A stretch of DNA of 63,743 bases, filler included, from Licmophora abbreviata (lineage: Eukaryota), in the NCBI GenBank assembly GCA_900291995.1. It is 18 parts of 18 records of this genome, joined end to end, with 100 filler letters (N's around TTAATTAATTAA, not from the genome) between each part and the next. Parts side by side here need not be neighbours in the genome. Positions count along the whole stretch, not along the records: positions 50,921 to 53,611 come from OLMU01003834.1; positions 53,712 to 59,589 come from OLMU01003835.1; positions 59,690 to 61,398 come from OLMU01003836.1; 15 more parts are not named here. The stretch is one strand, 5' to 3'. Positions 50,921 through 61,498 of the stretch are shown piece by piece. The position numbers and the translations under genes were made by a program. Below the pieces are notes generated by a model. It did no database searches. It saw only the letters and a list, made by a program, of their open reading frames with translations, and had not been told where the DNA came from. Positions within the stretch are counted from its first letter, which is position 1. The number at the start of each line of letters is the position of its first letter.

Positions 50921-51752
50921 GATCACCGTCTTCCTGACGACCCTTTTCGATCGTGCGTATCCAGAAGGCGCGCTCGGTCTCATCGGCAGCGGCGACGGCC
51001 TTGATGACCGGAAGTGTCAGTTTTCGTTCGCGAAAATCATCACCGACATTCTTGCCCGTGGCACTGCTGTCGCCCTGATAATCCAGAAGATCGTCCACGA
51101 TCTGGAAGGCGATACCAAGCGCATCGCCATATTCGAAAAGCGCCTGTATCTGTGCTTCAGGGGCATCGGCGATCACGCCGCCCACTTCGGTCGCGGCAGA
51201 AAACAAAGCGGCTGTCTTGCCGCGCACGACCTGCAGATAGATGCTTTCGTCGGTTTTCAGATCCCGTGCCGCACTAAGTTGCAACACCTCGCCTTCGGCG
51301 ATCACCGCCGCCGCGTTGGACAGGATGTCGAGCACTCGCAGATTGCCTGGCTCAACCATAAGCTGAAATGCCCGCGCAAAAAGATAATCGCCCACAAGCA
51401 CGCTTGACTTGTTGTCCCACAAAAGGTTCGCGGTGGGCCTTCCCCGGCGTTGCTGGCTTTCATCGACCACGTCGTCATGCAGCAAGGTGGCGGTGTGAAT
51501 GAACTCTACCGTGGCGGCAAGATGCACGTCGAACGCACCGCCATAGCCGCACATATCGGCGGTTGCGAGTGTCAGCATCGGGCGCAGGCGCTTGCCGCCC
51601 GCTTCGACCAGATGGGCCGTCACTTCCGGGATGCGCGGTGCGTGCCGCGAGGCCATCCGCTCGCGAATCAGCGTGTTGACGGCGGCCATCTTGCTGTCCA
51701 GATGCCGGGCCAGTTGCTCATGCGGTTTCGTCGCGGCGTGGTCCAATCCCAT
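50921..51752 (-). CDS. ispB: Polyprenyl-diphosphate synthase, 3' truncated
   Basis: GGKRLRP, LLHDDVVDES..RRG, GKTAALF, FQIVDDLLD. Confidence 0.92.
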
Positions 51753-51807
51753 CACACTCCCGTCACACCTGTCGACAAATAGACCGCGGTGCCCTTAAGT
51801 CATCCCC

Positions 51808-52023
51808 ATGAAACACCTACTCAGCACAAACGATCCGACAATGATCGCCTTCGCCCAAGCCTTGCTTCAAGGCGAGGGTATAGACTGCTTTGAAATGGAC
51901 GTAAATATGAGCATTCTCGAGGGATCCATCGGGATATTTCCCCGTCGCCTCATGGTTGCCGAGCGTGATTACGAGGAGGCGCGCCAGACATTGATCGACA
52001 ACGGGATCGAGGTTGATGGCTGA
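51808..52023 (+). CDS. DUF2007 family protein
   Basis: LL.TNDP..IAFA.ALL..EGI, MSILEGSIGIFPRRLMV. Confidence 0.85.
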   Translation: MKHLLSTNDPTMIAFAQALLQGEGIDCFEMDVNMSILEGSIGIFPRRLMVAERDYEEARQTLIDNGIEVDG

Positions 52024-52786
52024 CCACTGGCCAGAGGGCAGTCTGACCACGGACGATTTTCTCGGTGGTCGTTTGCGGATCAGTCAGCCTCGCGATGGCT
52101 ATCGCGCCGGTGTCGATCCTGTGTTGCTGGCGGCCAGTGTGCCCGCGCGCCCCGGTGACACGGTTCTGGATCTGGGATGTGGTGTCGGTGTGGCAGGGTT
52201 GTGCCTTGCGTCACGGGTTGAGGGCCTGATGCTTGCCGGACTGGAATTGCAATGCGGATACGCGGCGCTGGCCCGGAAAAACGCGTCGGCCAACGGGATC
52301 ACGATGGAGGTCGTGACAGGGGATGTGTCGGATATGCCCGAGCAATTCAGGCAGCGGCAATTTACCCATGTGTTGGTCAACCCGCCTTATTTTGATCGAA
52401 ACGCAGGAAGCGCAGCGCGCGATACCGGGCGAGAGACCGCCCTTGGGGAGATCACTCCGCTTGCCACATGGGTAAGGGCCGCCGCGCGCCGGGTTGCGCC
52501 GAAAGGCACCGTGACCTTCATTCACCGAACGGAACGTCTGCCTGCCTTGTTGGCCGAAATTTCAGACCATCTTGGCAGTCTTGAAGTTTTGCCGCTGATT
52601 CCCCGTCGCGGCAGACCGGCAAGACTGGCTCTGGTCAGGGGGCGCAAGGGGGGGCGCGCCGATTTCAAGCTGCATGATGGATGGGTTTTGCACGAAGGTG
52701 CGGCCCATGTGAGCGACAAGGAAAACTACACGGATGCAACGGCTTGTATCCTGCGTGAGGGCGGCCACCTGCCTTTTCATCTGTGA
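52016..52786 (+). CDS. SAM-dependent methyltransferase (tRNA1(Val) A37 N6 / YfiC-like)
   Basis: QP..GYRAGVDPVLLA, VLDLGCGVG, NPPY. Confidence 0.88.
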   Translation: MADHWPEGSLTTDDFLGGRLRISQPRDGYRAGVDPVLLAASVPARPGDTVLDLGCGVGVAGLCLASRVEGLMLAGLELQCGYAALARKNASANGITMEVVTGDVSDMPEQFRQRQFTHVLVNPPYFDRNAGSAARDTGRETALGEITPLATWVRAAARRVAPKGTVTFIHRTERLPALLAEISDHLGSLEVLPLIPRRGRPARLALVRGRKGGRADFKLHDGWVLHEGAAHVSDKENYTDATACILREGGHLPFHL

Positions 52787-52822
52787 GTTGAATAAAATGC
52801 TATCTGCAAAATTCAGCTTATG

Positions 52823-52834
52823 CTGCGTCTGCAG
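52823..52834. promoter_or_regulatory. Putative PhaR box (CTGC-N4-GCAG)
   Basis: GCTGCGTCTGCAGC upstream of the DUF465 gene beside phbAB; a second TGCTGCACTGC lies nearby. Confidence 0.45.
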
Positions 52835-52900
52835 CGTGACAGGTCGACCAAAGTATGCTGCACTGCTGTTACAAAACATTCATCAGAGAGGAGAATGCCA

Positions 52901-53071
52901 ATGAGCTTGAGTTCACACATCGAGGAACTGAAGAAGAAACATAGGGCCCTCTCGGAGCGGGTGGAAGAAGTGCAGCGCGCTCCCGGCGCAAGCAATCTGG
53001 AACTTGCGGAACTCAAGAAGCAGAAGCTTCGGATCAAGGAAGCCATCGAACGGCTCTCTGTCAACGCGTGA
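52901..53071 (+). CDS. DUF465 / YdcH family small protein
   Basis: MSLSSHIEELKKKH..L...LKKQKLRIKEAIERL; GAGGAG RBS. Confidence 0.9.
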   Translation: MSLSSHIEELKKKHRALSERVEEVQRAPGASNLELAELKKQKLRIKEAIERLSVNA

Positions 53072-53201
53072 TCCGAAAAAGGGGGAGCTTGCCGGATTTG
53101 GGCTTCCCCACCACTCAAGCGGATAACGCATTTCCGATCTGCTGTTCCTGCAGGGATGATGCGTTCCCGATCATATTTCTTTAACTTGAAACAGGATTTG
53201 A

Positions 53202-53237
53202 AGATCAAGCCGGTCGCCAAGGCGACCGGCTTGATCT
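53202..53237. terminator. Long perfect hairpin between convergent ydcH-like gene and phbB
   Basis: AGATCAAGCCGGTCGCC-AA-GGCGACCGGCTTGATCT (17-bp arms), ~20 nt after the phbB stop. Confidence 0.75.
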
Positions 53238-53256
53238 GTGAGTTTCGATTGATCGA

Positions 53257-54058
53257 TCAGACGAAAAACTGTCCGCCATTCGCGGAAATTGTCGATCCGT
53301 TGATGAAGCCTGACTCGTCGGATGCAAGAAAGGTCACGCAGCGCGCGATCTCTTCCGGTTCGCCAAGACGACCGGTGGGGATCATGCCGATGATTGCTTC
53401 GCGCACCTTTTCCGGAACGGCCATTACCATTTCCGTTGCGATGTAGCCGGGGCAAACCGCGTTTGCGGTGATGCCTTTTGCGGCGCCTTCCTGTGCCAGC
53501 GACTTCACGATGCCCAGATCACCGGCTTTGGTCGCAGCATAGTTGACCTGCGCGAATTGACCCTTTTGGCCATTGATCGAGCTGATGACCACGATCCGCC
53601 CGAAGCCGCGCNNNNNNNNNNNNNNNNNNNNNNNNNNNNNNNNNNNNNNNNNNNNTTAATTAATTAANNNNNNNNNNNNNNNNNNNNNNNNNNNNNNNNN
53701 NNNNNNNNNNNGGGTGGATCGTGTTGAAGACCCCGGTCAGGTTGGTGTCGATCACATCATGCCAATGTTCTGGTGTCATCTTGTGAAACGGAGCGTCACG
53801 GGTGATGCCGGCATTGGCCACAACGATGTCAATTGGTCCCAGCTCTTCTTCGACTTTGGCGATGCCTGCCTTGGACTCATCGTAGCTGGCGACGTTCCAC
53901 TTATAGGTCTTGATGCCGGTTTCCTCGGTGAACTTGGCCGCGGCCTCATCATTACCGGCATAGGTGGCTGCCACGTTGTGGCCTTCAGCCTTGAGCGCTT
54001 TTGAGATCGCAGCGCCGATTCCGCGCGAGCCACCTGTGACGAGTGCAGTTCGTGCCAT
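53257..54058 (-). CDS. phbB: Acetoacetyl-CoA reductase (spans a linker)
   Basis: VTGGSRGIG, NAGITRD, SSINGQKGQFAQVNYAATKAG; downstream of the thiolase. Confidence 0.95.
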
Positions 54059-54172
54059 GTGTTTCTCCAGTTTGGTTAAAAGTTCTCGTAACTCTGTTAC
54101 TCTTTCGATGCGCGCTGCGCAATATTATTGCTTGATGAATTTTCCGCGATGCAGCGTTTTTATTTGATATGG

Positions 54173-54199
54173 ATAAGGGCGCCCATTGAGCGCCCTTAT
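54173..54199. terminator. Hairpin between phbA and phbB
   Basis: ATAAGGGCGC-N7-GCGCCCTTAT. Confidence 0.55.
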
Positions 54200-54228
54200 G
54201 TCAGGTGTTCATGACCAAATAATAACGC

Positions 54229-55404
54229 TTAATCGCGTTGAACGCACAGTGCGACGCCCATGCCGCCACCGATGCACAATGTGGCAAGACCCTTCTTGGC
54301 ATTCCGGCGTTTCATCTCGAAAAGGAGCGTGTTCAAGACACGGCAGCCTGATGCGCCGATCGGGTGGCCGATTGCGATTGCGCCACCATTGACGTTCACG
54401 ATCGCTGGATCCCAGCCCATGTCCTTGTTGACGGCACATGCCTGCGCGGCGAAGGCTTCATTGGCTTCCACCAGGTCCAGATCATCAACAGTCCAGCCAG
54501 CCTTGGCCAAGGCCTTGCGGCTTGCATTGATCGGGCCCACGCCCATGATCGACGGATCAAGCCCTGCGGTTGCATAGGAGACGATCCGTGCCAAAGGTTC
54601 GATCCCGCGTTTCTCGGCAGCATCGGCGGACATCAGCAAGGTCGCTGCGGCACCGTCATTGATCCCGCTTGCGTTTGCTGCGGTCACCGATCCGTCTTTG
54701 GCAAAGGCCGGACGCAGTTTCTGCATGCTCTCGATCGTGGCGCCGTGCCGAATATATTCATCCTTGTCGATGATGATATCGCCTTTGCGCGTCTTGACGG
54801 TAAAGGCGATCACCTCGTCGTCGAATTTGCCGGCCTTCTGGGCCGCTTCTGCCTTGTTCTGGCTGGCCAGCGCGAATTCATCCTGTTGTTCGCGGCTGAT
54901 CTGCCATTTCTCGGCGACGTTCTCGGCGGTCTGGCCCATGTGATAGCCGTTGAAGGCATCCCACAGACCATCGCGAATCATCGTGTCGATATAGGTCATG
55001 TCGCCCATCTTTTGACCGGCCCGCAGATGGGCGGCATGGGGGCTGAGCGTCATGTTTTCCTGACCGCCAGCGCAAACGATATCGGCATCGCCTAATTGGA
55101 TATGCTGCGCACCAAGCGCGACAGCCCGCAGTCCCGAGCCGCATACCTGGTTGATGCTCCAGGCCGAGCTTTCGATGGGCAAACCCGCGTTGACATGGGC
55201 CTGACGTGCCGGGTTCTGCCCTTGCGCCGCGGTGAGAACCTGGCCCAGGATCGTTTCCGAAACTTCCGCCTTTTCGATACCTGCGCGCGCAACGACCGCT
55301 TCCAGCACGGCGGCGCCAAGATCATGTGCCGGCGTATTGGCGAATGCGCCTCCAAAAGAGCCGACGGCTGTTCGAGCCGCGGATGCGATAACAACGTTAG
55401 TCAT
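54229..55404 (-). CDS. phbA: Acetyl-CoA C-acetyltransferase (beta-ketothiolase)
   Basis: [26 protein letters not shown]. Confidence 0.96.
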   Translation of the reverse strand: MTNVVIASAARTAVGSFGGAFANTPAHDLGAAVLEAVVARAGIEKAEVSETILGQVLTAAQGQNPARQAHVNAGLPIESSAWSINQVCGSGLRAVALGAQHIQLGDADIVCAGGQENMTLSPHAAHLRAGQKMGDMTYIDTMIRDGLWDAFNGYHMGQTAENVAEKWQISREQQDEFALASQNKAEAAQKAGKFDDEVIAFTVKTRKGDIIIDKDEYIRHGATIESMQKLRPAFAKDGSVTAANASGINDGAAATLLMSADAAEKRGIEPLARIVSYATAGLDPSIMGVGPINASRKALAKAGWTVDDLDLVEANEAFAAQACAVNKDMGWDPAIVNVNGGAIAIGHPIGASGCRVLNTLLFEMKRRNAKKGLATLCIGGGMGVALCVQRD

Positions 55405-55537
55405 GTGAGTCCTCCACCAGAATTCTTCATGGCCGAGGCGTGCCGCAACGTCGTGTCAGGCGTTGCCCGGTATCCCCCGCCGGCTGATCTCGTCATAACG
55501 CACTGATGGCTGCGCGGCAACGGCCCGATGTTGGAGA

Positions 55538-56374
55538 TCATGCACGAAGGCCATGCACCGGATCTTGTTCCCATGGCGGCTTTATCGTGGGTGCGCCGAA
55601 GTAATATCCCTGAAGGCAGTCGACCCCTATTGCTGCCAGATAGGCGGCGTCCTGTGCGGTTTCGACACTTTCTGCGACGGTCAGCATGTCGAATTGATCG
55701 GCAATCGACAGCAAGGCCGCTGTCAGAACTTGATTGTCCGGATTATTGGCGATGCCCCGGATGAATTGGCCGTCGATCTTAATGATATCAAAGTAAAAAT
55801 CACGCAGATATCTGAACGACGTGAAGCCCGAGCCGAAATCGTCCAGCGCAAAGCTGACCCCTTTGGCTTGAAATTCCTGCATGAATCCAATGACCAGTTC
55901 GGGGATGAGCATAGCCGAACTTTCTGTGATCTCGAGAATCAGCCGCTCTCCAAGGGTTGGGTCCGAATCCAGACGGCGGCTCAGGGTCCGGACCCATCGC
56001 TTGTACCCGATCGATCGAGCAGACATGTTGAGGGACAGGCGCAAATCGGGCTGGCGTGCCAGCAATTTCAGGCCTTTTTCCAAGGCGATGCAATCGATGA
56101 TGCGACCGGTTTCCGTGGTTTCCACTGCCGATATGAAATCGCGTGCCGGGATGATCCTGCCCGTGTCGTCAAGCACACGGATGAGACCTTCGTAAAAGGC
56201 GACGCAGGATGGATCGTTGGTCGTGACAACAGCCTGATAAGACAGCAATAATTGCTTCCGGCTCACAGCTTGTTCAACCATGTCCAATACCGACAGGTCC
56301 CGTTTCATGATCGCGTAGTTCAATGCCGAGTCTTCGCCCTCTGGCAAATCGGCCAATTGTCGTTTGCGCCGCAT
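55538..56374 (-). CDS. Stand-alone EAL-domain protein (c-di-GMP phosphodiesterase-like)
   Basis: YQ, YEGLIR, LNMS, EITE, DDFGSG, KIDGQF, AESVE, QGYYFGAP. Confidence 0.92.
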   Translation of the reverse strand: MRRKRQLADLPEGEDSALNYAIMKRDLSVLDMVEQAVSRKQLLLSYQAVVTTNDPSCVAFYEGLIRVLDDTGRIIPARDFISAVETTETGRIIDCIALEKGLKLLARQPDLRLSLNMSARSIGYKRWVRTLSRRLDSDPTLGERLILEITESSAMLIPELVIGFMQEFQAKGVSFALDDFGSGFTSFRYLRDFYFDIIKIDGQFIRGIANNPDNQVLTAALLSIADQFDMLTVAESVETAQDAAYLAAIGVDCLQGYYFGAPTIKPPWEQDPVHGLRA

Positions 56375-56420
56375 TATCGCACCTCTGCATTCCCGAGGTT
56401 CACAGGCTGCAGGACAGCCG

Positions 56421-56435
56421 CTAAGGAAGGCTTAA
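56421..56435 (-). promoter_or_regulatory. Putative CtrA site (TTAA-N7-TTAG)
   Basis: Minus strand TTAAGCCTTCCTTAG, one mismatch to TTAA-N7-TTAA, ~47 nt upstream of the EAL gene. Confidence 0.45.
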
Positions 56436-56463
56436 ATGGTCAATTTGAAAGGTTCGGCCCATC

Positions 56464-57075
56464 ATGGAGGAACGGAGTGTCGGGATAGCACAGAGATGCG
56501 GTTGGGTTGGCGCCGATCCGCTCTATCAAGCCTATCACGATACCGAGTGGGGCGTGCCGGAATATGACAGTCGGGCCTTGTGGGAAAAGCTGATCCTCGA
56601 TGGCTTTCAGGCGGGGCTGAGTTGGATCACGATCCTGCGCAAGCGTAAGAATTTTCAGAATGCATTTCAAGGGTTTGACCCCAACATCATCGCCGGGTGG
56701 GGCGAAGCGGAAGTGCAGGTTTTGCTGGGGGATCAGGGGATCGTGAGGCACCGTGGAAAGATCGAGGCGGTGATCGGGAATGCGCGGGTTTGGCAGGAGA
56801 TCGAGGCCGAGCAGGGGTTTGATCGGTACCTGTGGGACCATGTCGGCGGCAAGCCTCTGCAGAATGCCTGGGAGCGGCTTGAGGACGTGCCCACGGAGAC
56901 GGAAATTTCCAGAGCAATTTCAAGAGATTTGCGGAAAAGGGGATTCAAATTCTGCGGGCCTACCATCGTCTATGCCTTCATGCAGGCGGTGGGCATGGTG
57001 AACGATCATCTTGTCACCTGCCCCTGTCACGGACCGGTCGCGAAGCTGGGCCAAAAACCCCGAAAATCCGCGTAG
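56464..57075 (+). CDS. tag: DNA-3-methyladenine glycosylase I
   Basis: RCGW...YHD.EWG, FQAGLSWITIL.KR, GFKFCGPTIVYAFMQAVG.VNDH...C. Confidence 0.95.
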   Translation: MEERSVGIAQRCGWVGADPLYQAYHDTEWGVPEYDSRALWEKLILDGFQAGLSWITILRKRKNFQNAFQGFDPNIIAGWGEAEVQVLLGDQGIVRHRGKIEAVIGNARVWQEIEAEQGFDRYLWDHVGGKPLQNAWERLEDVPTETEISRAISRDLRKRGFKFCGPTIVYAFMQAVGMVNDHLVTCPCHGPVAKLGQKPRKSA

Positions 57076-57113
57076 GTATGACGTCGGTATCACGTCGGTA
57101 TTGCGTCGGTGCA
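57062..57113 (-). repeat. Tandem 11-mer element, copy B
   Basis: Reverse complement matches 13725-13763 at 35/39 positions, plus the same downstream GGATTTTC. Confidence 0.8.
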
Positions 57114-57203
57114 TGACGCAGCGCCCGGAATGTTTTGGAATCGCCGCGCAAATCCTATATGGAGGCGCATCCAAGCCCTAGCCCGACTCCAAAGCGCGAG
57201 CCC

Positions 57204-58385
57204 ATGACCAATACCGCCCCGATCACCCAGGACGTAATGACCATCCCCCGCAAGCTGCCCGAGGGGCCGACCAATCTTGTCGGTCTGACGCGCGACCGCT
57301 TGCGCGAGGTGCTGATCGAAGCAGGCACGCCCGAGAAGCAGGCCAAGATGCGGGTGAACCAGATCTGGCAATGGCTCTATCAATGGGGTGTGCGCGACTT
57401 TCACGCGATGACGAACCTGTCCAAGACCTATCGGCAAATGCTGGCGGAGAATTTCGTGATCGAGATCCCCGAGATGGTCTCGAAGCAGGTCAGTGCCGAC
57501 GGGACCCGTAAATATCTTGTCCGGATCGCGGGCGGGCATGAGGTCGAGGTGGTCTATATCCCCGAAACCGACCGCGGGACGCTGTGCATCTCGAGCCAGG
57601 TGGGCTGCACGCTGACCTGTTCGTTCTGCCACACCGGCACGCAGAAACTGGTCCGGAACCTGAGCGCGGGCGAGATCGTGGGCCAGGTGATGATGGCGCG
57701 CGACGATCTGGACGAATGGCCCCGGCCCGGCGAGGGCGCAGGCGAACGCCCGCGTCTGTTGTCGAACATCGTTCTGATGGGTATGGGCGAGCCGCTTTAC
57801 AATTTCGACAATGTGCGCGACGCGATGAAGATCGCGATGGATGGCGAGGGCATTTCGCTCAGCCGCCGCCGCATCACCCTGTCCACCAGCGGGGTTGTGC
57901 CCGAGATCGCCAAGACCGCCGAAGAGATCGGCTGCATGCTTGCCGTCAGCTTTCACGCGACCACCGACGAGGTGCGCGACAAGCTGGTGCCGATCAACAA
58001 GAAATGGAATATCGAAACCCTTCTTGGGGCGCTGCGCGAGTATCCGCGCTTGTCGAATTCCGAGCGGATCACCTTTGAATACGTGATGCTGAAGGACGTG
58101 AATGACAGCGATGCCGATGCCCGCCGCCTTGTGCAGCTGATCAAGGGCATTCCGGCCAAGATCAACCTCATCCCGTTCAACGAATGGCCCGGCGCCCCGC
58201 ATCAGCGCAGCGATTGGGACCGGATCGAGAAATTCGCCGATATCGTCTACAAAGCGGGGTATGCCAGCCCGATCCGCACGCCGCGCGGCGAAGATATCAT
58301 GGCCGCCTGCGGGCAGTTGAAATCGGCCACCGAGCGCGCGCGCAAATCCCGCAAACAGATCGAGTCCGAGGCCGGGCTGGGCTGA
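57204..58385 (+). CDS. rlmN: 23S rRNA m2A2503 methyltransferase (radical SAM)
   Basis: [39 protein letters not shown]. Confidence 0.97.
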   Translation: MTNTAPITQDVMTIPRKLPEGPTNLVGLTRDRLREVLIEAGTPEKQAKMRVNQIWQWLYQWGVRDFHAMTNLSKTYRQMLAENFVIEIPEMVSKQVSADGTRKYLVRIAGGHEVEVVYIPETDRGTLCISSQVGCTLTCSFCHTGTQKLVRNLSAGEIVGQVMMARDDLDEWPRPGEGAGERPRLLSNIVLMGMGEPLYNFDNVRDAMKIAMDGEGISLSRRRITLSTSGVVPEIAKTAEEIGCMLAVSFHATTDEVRDKLVPINKKWNIETLLGALREYPRLSNSERITFEYVMLKDVNDSDADARRLVQLIKGIPAKINLIPFNEWPGAPHQRSDWDRIEKFADIVYKAGYASPIRTPRGEDIMAACGQLKSATERARKSRKQIESEAGLG

Positions 58386-58459
58386 GCCGCGGCGTCACGC
58401 TGGCAGTTCGGGCTGCTATCTGACAGTCTGATGCAGCCTGACACGCGAAAGGACCGGCG

Positions 58460-59419
58460 ATGGCCCCTGACCGTTTCACACCCTTGCCACGGCCGCTTGC
58501 CGCAGATGGCACACCCCGCCGCGTCGGCGTGGAGATCGAGCTTGGCGGGTTGAGCGAGGCCGAGGTTGCCGGGATCTGCACCGATACGCTGGGAGGACGG
58601 GCCGAACAGGGGGATGGGCCGTTCTGGACCATTCGCGACAGCCGGATCGGGACGCTGGAGGTCTATCTGGATATTTTCCTGCGCAAGGCCACCCAGAGCA
58701 AACTGCGCGATCTGGCGCTGGAGCTGGGGCGCGAGGTCGTGCCGGTGGAGATCGTCACCGAACCGCTGGACATGGCCGGGCTGGAGGCGCTGGAGGATCT
58801 GACGCGGGCTTTGCGGCGCGCAGGGGCGCTTGGCAGTGGGGCCGGATGGGTCTTTGGGTTCGGGGTGCATCTGAATGTCCAGATCGCGTCGCAGGCGGAT
58901 GGCGATGTGATCCGACCGCTTTTGACCTATGCGCTGATCGAGGACTGGATGCGGCGCGACAACCCCATCGACGAGTCGCGCCGTCTGTTGCCGTTTACCG
59001 ATCCTTATCCCACCGACCTGGTGCGCGGGCTGATCGCGCTTGGCCCGGAGGCGGCGCTGCGCGCTGTGATGACGCTTTACCTGAGTCTGACGCCGAGCCG
59101 GAATCACGGGCTGGATATGCTGCCGATCTTTGCGCATCTGGCGCCCGAGACTGTGGAGCGGGAGCTGAGCGGGCCGGTATCGGCGCGTCCGGCGTTTCAT
59201 TTCCGGCTTCCCGATTGCCTGATCGACGAAGAGGGCTGGTCCATTGCCGATGAATGGCGGCGCTGGATCATGGTCGAGCGGGTGGCCTGGGACGCGGCGT
59301 TGCTGGCGCGTCTTGCCGAGGCCTGGAGCGACGATCACGGGATGGTCACCCTGTCGCGCGCGCGGTGGGCCGACCGCTGCGGCGCGATCCTGAATGAGGC
59401 CGGGATGGTGGCCAGCTGA
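58460..59419 (+). CDS. Putative amidoligase family protein (COOH-NH2 ligase fold)
   Basis: VGVEIE, VEIVTEPL, FGVHLNV, RPAFHFRLP. Confidence 0.85.
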   Translation: MAPDRFTPLPRPLAADGTPRRVGVEIELGGLSEAEVAGICTDTLGGRAEQGDGPFWTIRDSRIGTLEVYLDIFLRKATQSKLRDLALELGREVVPVEIVTEPLDMAGLEALEDLTRALRRAGALGSGAGWVFGFGVHLNVQIASQADGDVIRPLLTYALIEDWMRRDNPIDESRRLLPFTDPYPTDLVRGLIALGPEAALRAVMTLYLSLTPSRNHGLDMLPIFAHLAPETVERELSGPVSARPAFHFRLPDCLIDEEGWSIADEWRRWIMVERVAWDAALLARLAEAWSDDHGMVTLSRARWADRCGAILNEAGMVAS

Positions 59420-59420
59420 G

Positions 59421-60215
59421 ATGGTGCGACCGGTCATCGGGATCACCACCTCGCGCAGGTCCGGCTGGCGCATCTTTCCTCTGATGGCGTTGAATGTCTG
59501 GATGGCGGGCGGGCGCGCGCGGCGCTGGACCGACCGGGCGCCTGCGCATGTAGCCGATGTGGATGGGGTGATTGTCGGCGGCGGCGACGNNNNNNNNNNN
59601 NNNNNNNNNNNNNNNNNNNNNNNNNNNNNNNNNTTAATTAATTAANNNNNNNNNNNNNNNNNNNNNNNNNNNNNNNNNNNNNNNNNNNNTGGCGGGCAGG
59701 TCGTGACATCGGCGCGGCTTGATCCAGGGCGCGACGCGCTGGAGCGGCGGCTGGTGCTTGAGGCGTTCGAGCAGGGCCTGCCGGTGATGGGGATCTGCCG
59801 GGGCAGTCAGATGCTGAACGTGGCGCTTGGGGGGACCTTGCACCAAGATGCCTATGACGCCTATCGCGACAGCGACCGGCACCGGACGATCCTGCCGCGC
59901 AAGACCGTGCTGATCGCGCCGGGCACCCGGCTGGCGGCGGTGGCGGGTGGTGCTCCGATGAAGGTCAATGCGCTGCATTCGCAGGCGGTTGACCAGTTAG
60001 GCCGGGGGTTGCGGGTGGCGGCACGGGATCGCGGCGGCATGATCCAGGCGATCGAAAGGGTGCGCGATCCGTTCGCGATCGGGGTGCAGTGGCATCCTGA
60101 GCATCTGTTCTATGCGCGGCGCCAGCAGGGGTTGTTCCGCGCGCTGGTGGCGGCGGCGAAAGCCAGCCGACAGCGGCGCAGTCAGATGCAGCGCGTGGAT
60201 GCCGGGGCAGAGTGA
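59421..60215 (+). CDS. Class I glutamine amidotransferase / peptidase C26 (PuuD-like; spans a linker)
   Basis: RPVIGIT, GGGD, GICRGSQ, VNALHSQAV, GVQWHPE (Cys-His-Glu triad). Confidence 0.9.
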
Positions 60216-60358
60216 GCGGTGCTGTCAGATCGGGTCATATCTGGCCCGGTCGGGTCTGGTCATGAAGACACCTTGGGTGCGCCATATTTCTGCACGATTG
60301 TTGCCCTCAACTCTGGTTATCGATTGGTTGAACGGTAACTGTTTTGAGGTAGGAAACG

Positions 60359-60559
60359 ATGAAACAGTCAGTGAGTGAACACGAAACAGAGATCCTGAAC
60401 TTCGTTCTGCGCGAACGGAGCATGGCGGTTTCAGAGCGCGAATGGCGCCATCGGTTGCGTGGCTATGGCTATGCGATCAAGGAAACGGCTGAGGGGCGGA
60501 TGGTCACCTCGGTGCGGCGCGGCGGCACGTTGTGCGTTCTGCCGGGGCAAGTGGCCTGA
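60359..60559 (+). CDS. Small hypothetical protein (66 aa)
   Basis: GAGGTAGG RBS; SEREWRHRLRGYGYAI segment; fills the intergenic space. Confidence 0.65.
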   Translation: MKQSVSEHETEILNFVLRERSMAVSEREWRHRLRGYGYAIKETAEGRMVTSVRRGGTLCVLPGQVA

Positions 60560-60613
60560 GACCTGAGCGCTGATCGGGGTGCGGGCGGCTGGTGACGGCC
60601 GCGACGGTCCTTG

Positions 60614-61398
60614 TCAGCCCTTTTCGGCATACCAGGCGTCTATGATCTCGACCGCGTCCTTGGCGGTTTCGACGAAGCGGAACAGGTCCAGATCCTCGGG
60701 GCTGATGGTGCCGGCATCCGCCAGCGCCTCCCAGTTGATGATCCGGCGCCAGAACTCTTCGCCGAAGAGCAGGAAGGGCACTTTGGTCATGCGGTCGGTC
60801 TGAATCAGGGTCAGGGCCTCGAACATCTCGTCGAGGGTGCCGAAGCCACCGGGAAAGACGCAGATCGCCTTGGCGCGCATCAGGAAGTGCATCTTGCGGA
60901 TGCCGAAATAGTGGAAGTTGAAGCACAGGCCGGGTGTGACGTATTCGTTCGGGGCCTGTTCATGGGGCAGCACGATGTTGAGCCCGATGGACGCGCCACC
61001 GGCATCGACAGCACCACGGTTGCCGGCCTCCATCACGCCGGGGCCGCCGCCTGTTGCCACGACGAATTCGCGCCCATAGCTCGCCATGGATTTCATCGTG
61101 ATGAGCCGGGCGAATTCGCGGGCCTCATCGTAGAACCGCGCAAGATCGGCGAGGGTTTCGGTGCGGGCGCTGTCGCGCTGAGCGGGTTCGGGGATGCGGG
61201 CGCCGCCGAACAGGACCACGGTGCTTTCGATGCCGCGCTCGTTCAGGATCAGCTCGGGTTTGAGCAATTCAAGCTGGAGACGGACAGGCCGCAATTCATC
61301 GCGCAGCATGAAGTCGGGATCGGCGAAGGCCAGCCGGTAGGCCGGCGCGCGGGTCTGGGGCGTGTCGGGCACCTGTTCGGCGCTGCTGCGGTCGGTAT
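60614..61398 (-). CDS. LOG / TIGR00730 family protein, 5' end at gap
   Basis: TGGGPGVMEAGNRGA, FHYFGIRKMHF, FPGGFGTLDE. Confidence 0.92.
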
Positions 61399-61498
61399 NN
61401 NNNNNNNNNNNNNNNNNNNNNNNNNNNNNNNNNNNNNNNNNNTTAATTAATTAANNNNNNNNNNNNNNNNNNNNNNNNNNNNNNNNNNNNNNNNNNNN

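Noticed and set aside
48900..56400. Somewhat lower GC across the TPR-ispB-phbAB-EAL stretch
   Set aside because: The genes are core and in a typical order, with no mobility signatures; insufficient evidence for an island.
15967..61498. Recurrent TTAATTAATTAA flanked by N runs (17 times)
   Set aside because: Artificial contig linker with stops in all six frames; not a biological repeat. Genes broken at these points are not pseudogenes.
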